A DNA stretch of 64,000 nucleotides from Mobula hypostoma (taxonomy: Eukaryota): the NCBI RefSeq assembly GCF_963921235.1, contig NC_086097.1, forward strand, positions 65,970,001-66,034,000. The letters run 5' to 3'. How positions within the stretch are numbered: the first letter of the stretch is position 1; every line of letters starts with the position of its first letter. This document shows, piece after piece, positions 37,650 through 51,297 of the stretch. The notes under the pieces are model-generated. The model was not told the DNA's origin. It saw only the letters and a list, made by a program, of their open reading frames with translations, and ran no database searches. Both the position numbers and the translations under genes were made by a program.

Positions 37650-39113
37650 AGATTAGATTCAACTTTATTGTCATTGTGCCAAGTACAGATACAAAGCCAA
37701 TGAAATGCAATTAGCATCTGACCAGAAGTGCAAAAGAACAGTATTTATTTACAAAATAACTGCAAATAAAAAGTAAGTGCTACAGCATACAAATATAAAA
37801 GTACTGAGACAGTCCAATATGGGTGCAATACTGCTTAGCGCTGTGATGTGAGGTTCAGCAGGGTCACAGCCTCAGGGAAGAAGCTCTTCCTGTGCCTGCT
37901 GGTGGGGAAGAAGCTCTTCCTGTGCCTGCTGGTGCGGGAGCAGAGGCTCCTGTAGCACCTACTGGATGGGAGGAGAGTGAAAAGTCCATGGTTAGGGTGA
38001 GATGCATTCTTGATAATGCTTTTTGCCCTGCCCAGGCAGTGTTTATATTAGATGTTCTCAATGGTGGGCAATTGGGTGCCAATAATCCACTGGGCAGTTT
38101 TCACCACCCGCTAGAGTGCTTTGCGGTCTGATACGGGACAATTGCCATACCACACTGAGATGCAGTTGGTGAGTATGCTCTCAATGGTACAGTGATAAAA
38201 GTCCATCAGTATCCTGTGACAGAGGTGAGCTTTCTTGATGCTCCACAGGAAATAAAAGTGCTGTTGCACCTTTTTGATCAGGATGGAGGAGTTCAGGGAC
38301 CAGGTGAGATTCTCGGAAATGTGGACACCAAAGAATTTGAAGCTTGATACACACTCCACTACAGCTCCATTGATGTAGATGGGGACATGAGTATGGCTCC
38401 TAGCATGCCTGAAGTCCACAATAATCTCCTTGGTCTTCTGGGTGTTAAGGGCCAGGTTGTTATCAGCACACCACGCGGCCAGGTGCTGGACCTCGTCCCT
38501 GCAGGTCGTCTCGTCATCCTCTCTGATGAGGCCAACCACCGTGGTGTTGTCTGTGAACTTGATTATGGAGTTAGAACCATGCACAGCAACGCAGTCATAG
38601 GTGAAAAGGGAGTACAGAAGAGGGCTCAGCACACAGCCTTGAGGCACACCGGTATTCAGGGTGAGAATGGAGGAGAGGTTGTCTAACTTAACTGATTGAG
38701 GTCTGTTAGTCAGAAAGTCCAAGGTCCAATTGCAGAGCGATGAGCTGATACCAAGCTGGCAAAGTTTGGCGATCAGCTTGAAGGGGATCACAGTATTGAA
38801 TGCCGAACTAATCAAAGAACAGCATTCTGACGTAAGAGTTGGGGCTGTCCAGGTGGGTCAGAGCAGAATGAAGTGCCATGGAGATGGCATCCTCTGTAGA
38901 GCTGTTGGTGCGATAGGCAAATTGATGGGGGTCCAGGGTAGTGGGCAGACAGGATTTCAGATGTGATAGAACCAGTCTCTCAAAGCACTTTGCAATGATG
39001 AGGGTGAGTGCAACTGGGCAGAAGTCATTCAGGCCCGTGGCAGTGGAATACTTCAGACTGGCACATTGGTGGCAATCTTGAAGCTTGTAGGGACAACTGC
39101 CTGTGCCAGGGAC
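37650..39113 (-). mobile_element. Rex1/Babar-like LINE RT fragment, tail-to-tail with the previous copy
   Basis: [36 protein letters not shown] and [10 protein letters not shown]. 30-bp tandem duplication at 37875-37934. Confidence 0.88.
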
Positions 39114-41449
39114 AGATTGAAAATGATTATCCAGATACAATCAATCTTTGTACAGTATATAAGCTATACTATGTATTTATATTTATTCTGTTTTTATTAT
39201 TGTGATCTTTATTTTATTGTGTTTTGTTTTATGCTCCAGATCTGGAGTAACAATTATTTTGTATTCCTTTACACTTGTGTACTGGAAATGACATTAAACA
39301 CCGTTGAATCTTGAATAAAGTTTCAGTGGATTAACTCCTTAGTTAAGGGATTTGTCTTAATGATGAAATCTTATAGAAGATTGACCTACAGTATACTCTT
39401 CAAAGTTCAGGAAAACAAGGAGTTATCTTAATGAAACACACAATTGTGAGGGGTGATGCTGTTGGAATGTCGGGAATGCCTAGTATGAAGGATCAACTAC
39501 TTACAATTGTGAGGAATTCTGGCACATAGTGCTGCAATGGAGAGAATAGAATTGCGTATACAGTATACTTGGTCCACTTCAACATTCTGCTGACCGTGGG
39601 TGTGTATCCCTGTCAATCTTTTAAAAAGGCTGTCCCACATGTACTTATTAACTTGTTGAGGTGTGCAAGGTATGCTATACTTAGAGTGGCAGCCTGATGC
39701 TCCACAGACATCAGAACATCATGTGATAACATTTGGATAGATTGTGCTCTAAAAATTGATTTGAGACAAGTTGAAACCCTCCTGTGTAAATGGAACAATG
39801 AATTATGTACATTTTTGAAGAACTATCCACAAGAAAAAATAACTCTGGATAATCTATCTGCACATCTGAGAGCAATCACTGGGGTGCATAGGAATTGAAG
39901 TACAGTCTTTAAAAGGTCAGCAATGAGAAGATTGCAGCAGAAGCTTGGGGATGAGTGGGGAGACAAAAGACATTCAATTCCATATATGGCTTTGATGCGT
40001 ACCATTTGTTGAGAGAGTTTTTTTAAATAAAATTGCTTTTAAACACACAGCTTGATAAAGGGTAAAAACACCTTTGTTGTGAGTAAATATTTGTCAAGTC
40101 ATTGATTTTTAGACTGAGCTCAGTTCAATGTGGAATCTTGGTTTTTTGTGCAGTGTCATTGATTAGCTATCAGATGAAAAATGTTAATCAGTAACTTTGG
40201 CTGTAACTGATCAGTCAAAATGCATTTAGCTTGCTTCAGAAATGATTTAGAACCTACCCTTTCAAACTGGAATGTGTGATAAAGTTAGAAGGAGGAACAA
40301 TTAGGTTTGAGAACATTTGATCCAAAGTGAAACAGTTCGTAATGCAAAAATTAGAGAAGTAGTACTGCAAGAAGAAAATGTGCAGATACTGTACATAATT
40401 AATTTGTTTCCTTTAGTCTTTTTCTCATTATTACTGGATTGTCACATGCCTTTTGTATGCATTTAATTCATTTTCAGCTATCAAAATTGAATATAACTGT
40501 TTTTTCTTTGATAAAAATGAATTTGGATAGAGTGACAATGTGTATGATAGCATCATTGGCGAGAAGCTAACAAAGGAAATAACATCAAGTAAATTTGCAA
40601 CTTAGAATGTTGCAGGATGATATTAACAAATAGCATATGCTACCAAGGGTAGAAGTTAAGATTGCCAAATTTATGTTTCAAAGAACAATTAATATGTTCA
40701 GCAAAGTAAAAAGAAAAGGTTTATTATAATGAAATTATTGAAAATAATTATCTAATGCTGCTAGGTAAGAATGCAAAACGACTCCATTGAGACAATACTT
40801 AGTTTATACTGTTTCTGTCTAATTTAAATTCAGTCTTCTACAGGAGATAAATCGCTGAAGTTAATGTTTTGAGAGGCTAATGGTGACACAGTCTTGTTAC
40901 GTTTATGTATTTAAATATGGTTTTTAAAAAGTGCTTTGGGTATCCAAAGGACCCTGAGCACATATTAAGCATCAGTTAACTTCGCACCGGAACTGGGCAG
41001 TGTGAAACAACCTTTGCAGTATTTCTTCTTTCCATAATGAAAAGAAACCAACTACCCTTGTATTATACCTTGTGATTACTTTTAGTCTTTACAGTGACAA
41101 CACAGATTATTTTAAAGTTATTCCAAATAGGGCAAGAATTAATTACAGAACTGAAAGTAGATTCACTGGAATTATTTTTGAAGTATTTGTGAATTCAGAT
41201 TGGTATCTTCAAAATGAAATAGCCCAATGGTTAAATGTAGTTTTTGAGCAATTTAAACTGGGTCATCCTTGCACTTTTGTTTTTAATTTCTTTTCTTTTT
41301 TTCCTTTCCACAAGATTGCAACAGGCTAGATAACATTCTTCAGATGCTGGCAGCTATCTAAAATCACTATTTGAAGTGCTGGGACAATGGTTCTCAACAG
41401 CCAATTCTAATCACAGTTTGGGCTTAGTCTGTATTATTGGTTGATCTTT

Positions 41450-42920
41450 TACCTAGTCATCACTTTCTTCCACTGACTCCATGTAAAATGATTCTTTCAA
41501 TATTCAAACATCTATTGATTTTCTGAATACACACAGCCCTCACATCTGTCTCGGGTAGAGATTTCCATCTTCCTGTCTCTGTGTTGAGTGGTTGTTCTTG
41601 CATGGTGAAACTGTGATGCCTGGACTTAGAAACCCCAGTTAGTGTAAATATCATCCCTGCATTTACTGTTCCAACCGCTATATGATCCAGTGAGATTACC
41701 TCTCAATCTTGTAAACTCTAATATACAGTGGCATGCAAAAGTTTGGGCACTGCTGTGCCTCTTGAGGTAGTCCATTGTGGATTTTGAGGTGTGTTTAGGA
41801 TCATTATCCTGTTGTAGAAGCCATCCTCTTTTCATCTTTGGCTTTTTTACAGACGGTGTGATGTTTGCTTCCAGAATTTGCTGGTATTTAATTGAATTTA
41901 TTCTTCCCTCTACCAGTAAATGTTCCCCGTGTTCAACAAAATGTTCAACAAAAGCCCAAAGCATGATTGATCCACCCCCGTGCTTAACAGTTGGAGAGGG
42001 GTTCTTTTCATGAAATTCTGCACCCTTTTTTCTCCAAACATACCTTTGCTCATTGCAGCCAAAAAATTCTATTCAAAAGGTTCAAAGGAACATCTAAACA
42101 AACATGGTGCATTTTGGAAACAAGCCCTGTGGACTGATGAAGTTAAAATTGAACTTTTTGTTCTACTTCAAAATCCACAATGGACTACCTCAAGAGGCAC
42201 AAGCTGAAGGTTTTGCCATGGCCCTCACAGTCCCCTGACCTAAACATCATTGAGAATCTGTGGATAGACCTCAAAAGAGCAGTGCATGCAAGACGGCCTA
42301 AGAATCTCACAGAACTCTTAGCTGGCTGCAAAAAGCATTTACAAGCTGTGATACTTGCCAAAGGGGGTGTTACTAAGTACTGCCATGCAGGGTGCCCAAA
42401 CTTTTGCTTCAAGCCCTTTTCCTTCGTTGGTATTTTGAAACTGTAAAAGATTTAAATAAAAAAGTTTCTTGCTTAAAATATTAAAGAAATGTGTCATCTT
42501 TAGCTTTATGCCTTTTGGAAATCAGTTCATTTTTTACTCACTTAGCTATTCACAGTAACAGAAATTTTGACCAGGGGTGTCCAAACTTTGCATGCCACTG
42601 TACGTATGCCTGGTCTACTTAATATCCCTTCAGTACAATACACCCTTCTGCATCCTCTACTTTCTGGAAATTATTCTCGTAAACCTTTGTTGAACTTCCT
42701 CAATCGCATGTACATATTCATTCTTATATAGGGAGATCAAACCTGTACATGTTATTCCAAGTGTGGTCTCACCAGAGCTCTATGTAATTGCAGTTTTTAC
42801 TCTTGTACTTAAATCCTCTAGCAATGAAAGCCAACATACTGTTTACCTTTCTTATTGCTTGCCATACTTGAATATTAACTTTCAGAGATTCATGTACAAG
42901 AGCGCACAGGTCCCGTGAAC
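41450..42920 (-). mobile_element. Decayed CR1 3' region, interrupted by a Tc1
   Basis: Reverse complement of LVRPHLE-type motifs (tccaagtgtggtctcacc); the text continues across the TA site. Confidence 0.7.
41726..42600. mobile_element. Second fold-back Tc1 copy, internally deleted
   Basis: TA|CAGTGGCATGCAAAAG...CATGCCACTG|TA. It has the same inversion junction as the first copy, in the opposite orientation. Confidence 0.9.
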
Positions 42921-42924
42921 ACTT

Positions 42925-43870
42925 TTTAGGCAATCCCTTGTGATTGAGGATGACTTATTTCCACTCTATTCAGTGAATTCTGAGATGACTGATGAGGCTA
43001 ATTTGGGAAGCACAGATTCTTCCACAAATGGTGCCTGATTCCCATCAGCACAACATCATTAACATCCATCTGCAGCAGGGCTTCATCTCCAGTCATTTTG
43101 TTATCCTTTGTTCTGATAGTCACTCCACAATAGAGCATTAAATGCCAAGACTCTCGTGACTGTCCCAACAGTGATACAGCCAAACACCCTTCCCTTTCAT
43201 AGCTCAGGAACTCAGATGCTTTGACATCGATGTCACTAGTCTGAAAAGGATATAGCAGACAAAAGATGGCCAGTTTATTGAAAAGGCAATGAATACGTGA
43301 ATGGGGGGACAGGTTGGAGAAGGAACATTTTCCTCGTGGACTGAGTTTTGCATTGAAGCTCATTCGTCGTCGCAAAGGTCCTACAAAGGAATTGACGAAT
43401 GACTCATAATCCTGCAGTTCACTGAAACATAAAACCAAAACAATGTGGTCATCGCAATACACCCCAACCCTGAAAACAAGAAACAAGGCCAAGGAACACG
43501 ACCTTGAAATGATGCTGGTCCATGGTCCAAAAGGCAGCAAATTGGTCTTCCTGAAGGGCATCCATGCCAGGGAAAAATGACAGCTCTTTAGCAAGGCATG
43601 ATGATTAAACAAACAATTGAGAAAGTTAACTTTAGTAGAGGTGTTTTCTTCACAAAATGCTTGGATCAAAATTAGGTCATTTAGCAATATCCTGTTTTCA
43701 TTGGAGAAACGAGCATGGGACTTCAAGGCAATGCACCTGTTAGATCTATTATTATCTAAAGGATGTCTTCATCACTTGCAGTGTGATAGATCCTGTTGAC
43801 TGCTGAACTGATAGCCACATGGTCCACTCTGATCCCAAAGCAACTTCATCAACAAAGATGTTGCCACATT
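42925..43870 (-). mobile_element. Decayed RTE-like LINE 3' fragment
   Basis: Weak C-terminal RTE-like motifs (FSEL; DIDVKA..LSY.R) in the 242-aa frame. Confidence 0.35.
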
Positions 43871-45019
43871 CCTTGTTTTAATGGAGATTTTTATTTTTTC
43901 CTTTACACATATTTGATTTGTTTTTGTATTTGCTATTTTAATTTACATTGTCTTTGGATTATTGCATATTTTCACTTGTAATACTGTATTTAAATCTCAC
44001 TGATTAAGGAAATATATAAATACCTGCACTCAACTGAGATCTCAGATTCTCTGTAGCAGGTGCCAATGCACTTTTTCCTATTTATATTACCAAATATTTT
44101 GTACACTAAACAGGTTAAAATCATTATTTGTTGTTTCCTGCCACAGAAACCTTTCCTACTGCAGGAAATAATTATAAATATAATTCCAATCACAGTACTT
44201 GTGCCCATTTTAATATGAATTAATAGATGCACAAAATGTCATCTAGTTAAGCTACTGTATTTTAAATCTTTTATAAAACAGTGAAATATCCTTAAACTGT
44301 ATATATACTGCTATCCAATTGACTTCAAATATGGTTCACAAATGATGAGAGAGCGAGTATCAATATTAATCCAAAGGAGCAATATTATTCTCCAAAACAG
44401 CAAAAACAATTTGGTTCTATAGTGTCAACCGTCTTTTTTTGCTTGCCCACTGTAAAATTTTGATATCATTCTAATAATTCGGGGTAAGATGTACTTGCTA
44501 GGACAAATCAGCCTGTGATCTGTCGTGGTGAAATAATAATGCAATCGTGTTTGTTAGAAGATAATTTCAAAAGGGTTGGTCAAAAATGTGTTCCTCAGCT
44601 ACATCAGAACAAGAACAGCTGCAAATTGAAATTAAAGGATGATTCAACATCCCTGATAAAAATGAAGTCAAGTTTGTTTCAGTCCTGTTTGTTGCAGATC
44701 TAAAGAGAATTTGAAAGGGAAGTTAAATTGTTTCATTCTGCAAATTGGGTGCATTAAAATAATTTCAGTCCCCATTGCACTTCCCTGGTTGGAAGAAGCC
44801 TAATGAAAGGAGCAGAGAATATTAGAATCTAAAGCTGTAGATCAACTACTTCTTTATTTGAATATGTCTGAATTTCTGTAGCCAAAGAAGGCAGCTATGA
44901 TGGCCATACAGAGGCTCTCATGATCGAAGTAGTGTGAAGGAGGTGTGCCTTCTGCTTGTTAGCTGGGAACTATCCCCTAGGCTGCGTTGTAGTCATCCAT
45001 CAGAGCATGATTAATAGCC

Positions 45020-45840
45020 ATACAACATAGAGCAGAGCACACTACAGCACAGTGTGGGCCCTTCAGCCCACAATGTTGTGATGACCTATATAAACATTTT
45101 CAATTATCAATCTCATCCTACACAGCCCAATAAACCTCAATTTTCTTATGTCCATGTGCCTGTTTAAGAGTCTTTTAAATGTTGCTATTGTATCAGCCTC
45201 TGCTACCAACCTGGCAGTGCATTCCAGCTACCAATCACTCTCTGTGTAAAAAACTTACCTCTGAAATCTCCCCTAAACTTTACTCCACTCACTTTAAACA
45301 GATGTCCTCTGATATTAGCAATGCTACCCTGGGAAAAAGTGCTAACTGTTCACACTTGTCCAGGCCTCTCTTAACCTTAAACACTTCTATCAAGTGCCTC
45401 TTATCATTCTTTTCAGCAAAGGAAAAAGCTCTAGCTTGCTCAGACTTATGTCCTCATAAGACATGTTTTGTAATGCAGGCAACATCCTGCAAATCTCCTC
45501 TGCATCCTCTCTGTAGCTGCTACATCCTTCCTGTAATGAGGCGACCAGACTGAACGCAACTAGCTAAGCATAATCTAACTGGAGTTTTATAGAGCTGCAA
45601 CATAACCTCGTTCTCCTTTAGTCTGGCTACCCCTAACATAAGACTCACTAGTCTATAATTCCCAGGACTGTCCCTATTATCTTTCTTGAACAACAGAACA
45701 TTTGCCACCTCATGCCACTCTGGAGGGTGTAAGTATCATCATTAACACCCCAGCAATTTCTTCCATCACTTCCCATAGCAAACTGAGATATATCCCGTCC
45801 AGCATCGGGGACTTAATTTATCTTAATGTTCCCTTTCATG
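45020..45840 (-). mobile_element. Decayed CR1 fragments
   Basis: ANVLLFKK...PGNYRLVSL joined to VMLQLYKTPVR, plus a CR1 3' tail. Confidence 0.7.
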
Positions 45841-45913
45841 GCTAAAACCTCTAGTGGTAGGTAGATTTACATGAATTTGATGATACTCATCAACTTAATG
45901 CCAGCACAAAGAT

Positions 45914-48768
45914 GCAAACAACAGGAATTCTGCAGATGCTGGAAATTCAAGCAACACACATCAAAGTTGCTGGTGAACGCAGCAGGCCAGGTAGCATCTC
46001 TAGGAAGAGGTACAGTCGACATTTCAGGCCGAGACCCTTTGTCAGGACTAACTGAAAGAAGAGCTAGTAAGAGATTTGAAAGTGGGAGGGGGAGGGGGAG
46101 ATCCAAAATGATAGGAGAAGACAGGAGGGGGAGGGATGGAGCCAAGAGCTGGACAGGTGATTGGCAAAGGGGATATGAGAGGATCATGGGACAGGAGGCC
46201 CGGGAGAAAGACAAGTGGGGGGGAACCTAGAGGGGGCAAGGGGTATAGTCAGAGGGACAGAGGGAGAAAAAGGAGAGTGAGAGAAAGAATGTGTGTGTAA
46301 AAATAAATAATGGATGGGGTACGAGGGGGAGGTGGGGCATTAGCGGAAGTTAGAGAAGTCAATGTTCATGCCATCAGGTTGGAGGCTACCCAGACAGAAT
46401 ACAAAGTGTTGTTCCTCCAACAAAGAAGGCATCTCTTCTGCCTGCTCTGGATCTCTTTATTGCTAACTGCCGACAGGACATCAACCGTCTCGACTTCACC
46501 GCACCTTGTTCCCATTCCAACTTCACTCCTTCGGAACGCTCTGCTCTCCACTCCCTCCGCACTAATCCTAACCTTACTATTAAACCCGCCGATAAGGAGG
46601 GTGCTGTTGTAGTCTGGCGTACTGACCTCTACCTTGCCGAGGCACAGCGACAACTCGCGGATACCTCCTCTTATTTACCCCTCGATCGTGACCCCACTTA
46701 GGAGCACCAGGTCATTGACTCCCACACCATCACCAACTTTATCCGCTCGGGGGATCTCCCATCCACTGCTACCAACCTTATAGTTCCCACACCTCGTACT
46801 TCCCCTTTCTACCTCCTACCCAAGATCCACAAACCTGCCTGACCGGGCAGACCTATTGTCTCAGCTTGCTCCTGCCCCACCGAACTCGTTTCTGCATACC
46901 TCGACATGGTTTTATCCTCCCTTGTTCAATCCCTTCCTACCTATGTTCATGACACTTCTCACGCTCTTAAACTTTTCGATGATTTTAAGTTCCCTGGCCC
47001 CTACCACTTTATTTTCACCATGGATGTCCAGTCCCTATATACTTCCATCCCCCATCAGGAAGGTCTCAAAGCTCTCCGCTTCTTTTTGGATTCCAGACCT
47101 AATCAGTTCCCCTCTACCACCACTCTGCTCCGTCTAGTGGAATTAGTCCTTACTCTTAATAATTTCTCCTTTGGCTCCTCCCACTTCCTCCAAACTAAAG
47201 GTGTAGCTATGGGCACCCGTGTGGGTCCCAGCTATGCCTGCCTTTTTGTTGGCTTTGTGGAACAATCTATGTTCCGTACCTATTCTGGTATCTGTCCCCC
47301 ACTTTTCCTTCGCTACATCGACGACTGCATTAGTGCTGCTTCCTGCACGCATGCTGAGCTCGTTGACTTTATTAACTTTGCCTCCAACCTTCACCCTGCC
47401 CTCAAGTTTACCTGGTCCATTTCCGACACCTCCCTCCCCTTTCTAGATCTTTCTGTCTCTATCTCTGGAGACAGCTTGTCCACTGATGTCTACTATAAGC
47501 CTACTGACTCTCACAGCTATCTGGACTATTCCTCTTCTCACCCTGTCTCTTGCAAAAATGCCATCCCCTTCTCGCAATTCCTCCGTCTCCGCTGCATCTG
47601 CTCTCAGGATGAGGCTTTTCATTCCAGGATGAGGGAGATGACCTTTCTTAAAGAAAGGGGCTTCCCTTCCTCCACCATCAACTCTGCTCTCAAATGCATC
47701 TCCCCCATTTCACGCACATCTGCTCTCACTCCATCTTCCCGCCACCCCACTAGGAATAGGGTTCCTCTGGTCCTCACCTACCACCCCACCAGCCTCCGGG
47801 TCCAACATATTATTCTCCGTAACTTCCACCACCTCCAACGGTATCCCACCACTAAGCACATCTTTCCCCCCCTCCCTCTCTCTGCTTTCTGCGGGGATCG
47901 CTCCCTACGCGACTCCCTTGTCCATTCGTCTCCCCCATCCCTCCCCACTGATCTCCCTCCTGGCACTTATCCTTGCAAGTGGAACAAGTGCTACACATGC
48001 ACTTAGACTTCCTCCCTTACCACCATTCAGGGCCCCAAACAGTCCTTCCAGGTGAGGGAACACTTCACCTGTGAGTCGGCTGGGGTGATATACTGCATCC
48101 GGTGTTCCCAATGTGGCCTTCTATACATTGGCGAGACCCGACGCAGACTGGGAGACCGCTTTGCTGAACACCTACGCTCTGTCTGCCAGAGAAAGCAGTA
48201 TCTCCCAGTGGCCACACATTTTAATTCCACATCCCATTCCCATTCTGACATGTCTATCCACGGCCTCCTCTACTGTAAAGATGAAGCCACACTCAGGTTG
48301 GAGGAACAACACCTTATATTCTGTCTGGGTAGCCTCCAACCTGATGGCATGAACATTGACTTCTCCAACTTCCGCTAATACCCCACCTCCCCCTCGTACC
48401 CCATCCGTTATTTATTTTTACACACACATTCTTTCTCTCACTCTCCTTTTTCTCCCTCTGTCCCTCTGACTATACCCCTTGCCTATCCTCTAGGTTCCCA
48501 TCCTCCTTGTCTTTCTCTCCGGGCATCCTGTCCCATGATCCTCTCATATCCCCTTTGCCAATCATCTGTCCAGCTCTTGGCTCCATCCCTCCCCCTCCTG
48601 TCTTCTCCTATCATCTTGAATCTCCCCTTCCCCCTCCAATTTTCAAATCTCTTACTAACTCTTCCTTCAATTAGTCCTGACGAAGGGTCTCGGCCTGAAA
48701 TGTCGACTGTACCTCTTCCTAGAGATGCTGCCTGGCCTGCTGTGTTCACCAGCAACTTTGATGTGTGT
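45914..48768 (+). mobile_element. Penelope-like element: RT + GIY-YIG, with a ~500-bp inverted copy of its own 3' end at the 5' side
   Basis: TSD (TG)CCAGCACAAAGAT at 45899-45913 and 48769-48783. RT motifs TMDVQSLYTSIP, GVAMG, LRYIDD and PFLD; GIY-YIG motif GVIYCIRC..CGLLYIGET. A few stops. Confidence 0.93.
48668..48709 (+). ncRNA. Hammerhead motif, partly CpG-decayed
   Basis: AGTC-CTGACGA-A-GGGTCTCGGCCT-GAAAT-GTC-GACT. Confidence 0.55.
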
Positions 48769-50707
48769 TGCCAGCACAAAGATAGTGGCTATATGTATTG
48801 TTGGCCAGTGGAACAGCTGTATATTTAGTTCTCAGGAGGTTTTCGGATGTGTAGCTAATTCTTTGTGTTCTTTGCCAGATAGCTACTTCCAGGTCCACAC
48901 AGTATGATTACTAGTTTTATCGACGGTACAGATAATCAGTCTCTTCTGACTTTTGATCACCCTGTCATTCTTGCTTTTATCCAATTGTAAAATAATAAAA
49001 CAATTTGACTGGGGTACTTTAAATATATAACACAGTAGCTGTGTTCGTGAAGTTTAAATTTGTTAACATTTTGAGAGTCTAATTTGAGAAAAAGCACAAT
49101 TATTACTTGTTTTCTTCCAGGAAAGTAATTTTTTTTTGTACTGTGCTAAAAAGTTTAGTAGCCACCTTGATACATTGATGTTCTGGAGATCAGTTTGTGT
49201 TCCGCTGGAAGCATGGAATGAGCCTGAGACATAAGAGCAGGGAGCTGAAGTGAACTTGCCACCCATTGGCAATGTGTGTTTGTGGTAGAGTTCGGCTGAA
49301 GGTCAGACTACAGAGAGTACTCATATTTGTAGTTCTCCGTGTGAATCATCACTTTTGCACATTCCTGAGCAGGAATTCTCAAATTTGCTACCCATTATGT
49401 GTACCCACTAGGTGGAACCAGGCCGTATTCTAAGACTTGGAAATGATTGTTGTACATCCTATTATTTGGCAGTCTGCAAAATTGTAAAATTGGAAATCAT
49501 TATGCATGGACATTGATTAAAATGTGATCCTTTGAATAAAATCCAAAAAAGAACCTCAATTCTGCACCAGTGAAAATTCTAGTTTAATACAGCCTTTCTC
49601 TAATTTCACCCTTCCTCATTAGAAACTAGATAATTACTTAATTTGTTAATGTCAGAGCACATTCTTGCAGCAGCTAGAAGTCTGTTCCCATCGCAATTAT
49701 ATTGACATTATGACCAGGTAAGAAAATTTAGACTAAAAGCATTTTTGGTGTTCTGATTGAGTTTTTTGTTATTTTCTTTTCTGTAGCTCTCTAGCAATTC
49801 TGAATACACTTTTATTAATTGCAAGTGTATAGCAGTTCACATTCTACATAAATGTTGGGAAACTGCAAGAATATCTAATAATCACCATCTCCCTCTCTTC
49901 CCCCACCCCAAGAGTATTAAAATGAAGCTCAAAACATACAATAATAAAAAAGCACTCTGATTAGGTTTAAATTCAGGCACTAACGAGCTCTGCTCTTATT
50001 TTAAAACTAGTAAAGTCTGGTTATAATTCTTTGTAATGAGCAAAAGTACAATAAAGTCTTATCAATTCATGAAACTATTCTAAACATGACAAAACCTAAC
50101 CTTTCTCAGAAGAAAGTCTTGGAGGAACCTCTTTTGTATCCTTCTGTTGTTTTTGCCTATGTCCTGAAAAATGCTGATCTGTGAATTACTCTCAGTCTCC
50201 CTGCCCTTCACCCCATCCAGGTGAAATCTTTGTTCATGAATGTAAGTATGTGCAAGATTCTCTTTATATCTATTTAGTGTTTTAACTTGTACTTATCTCA
50301 TAACTGGCTCATCAGGAAGTTTAACAAGTGGCTAAGTGATCCAATAGATTATAAACACACTCCTCACCAGAACTGGCCAGTTCTGTTGAAAGCTTATCAA
50401 TCTGCTACATTAATTCACTTTCTTTCTCATCACAGGTTATTTCCAGGATAGTCTTTTATTTTGGATTTCTAACAACTGCAGTTCCAGCATTGAATTTTAG
50501 TTGTCTCTAGCATTCAGCTTTCTCTATGTGCATGTCCAGATGGATTAGCTGTGAGTAACAAACTTCATTGCCCTCTCTGAACTGCCCCACAACCTTGGGA
50601 CATTCTAGTGGCATTCAATCTCTCTTGGTCTTCACCCTAAGCATTCTCTTTGGTTTTTCATTCAGTTCTCTGAAATTTAAAACATGCATCTTTTCTGAGT
50701 TCCCCTT

Positions 50708-50742
50708 GTTCTGATGAAAGGTTGTCTACCTGAAATGCAAAC
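50708..50742 (+). ncRNA. Older divergent hammerhead-like motif from another Penelope-derived family
   Basis: GTT-CTGATGA-A-AGGT-tgtct-ACCT-GAAA-tgca-AAC. Confidence 0.4.
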
Positions 50743-51297
50743 ACAGTTTCTCACCTCAGATCATCCTGATACATGACTTTCAACAATATTTTCCATTTTC
50801 ATTTTAGCAATGAGAGTAGTATGAGCATCCATTAAATGTGGGCTACATTTTTAGAGTTATGTCTTTTGTCTTGCAAAATATCGAAACAAACAAACCCAGG
50901 AATAAAACAAGGTTTATTGCACGTCTCATGTGATCCTTATCTGAGGATTTAATGTTGTACAAACGACAAAAACTTAAATTTATTCAAAATACAAATTCTG
51001 CCTATGTAATAAAGAGGCTAATGGAGATGCATATGACATTTCAACCTGTATCCAAATGAGTATAACTTAGGTTATCTAAATTTCTCATTTAGTTATCTTT
51101 AAATTACTTTATGGCAAAATGAATAAGCAAAGTTCATAACTACCACCTTATCATGCTTCATGATATGTTTCATGTTCAGTTCTACCATAAGAAGCTTCAT
51201 TTAACCACAATTTATGTATATAGACTTCTGTACTCTTATATTAAGTGAAATATCTCAGTAGATATCTGATTAAATATATTTAACAAAGAAAAAAATA

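Noticed and set aside
42998..43726. 242-aa minus-strand ORF as a host gene
   Set aside because: It has no splice context or coherent domain, and looks like a decayed LINE read partly off-frame.
46906..48378. RT plus nuclease ORFs as a novel retron, group II intron or defence system
   Set aside because: The motifs, multiple copies, TSDs and terminal repeats identify an ordinary Penelope-like retroelement in vertebrate DNA.
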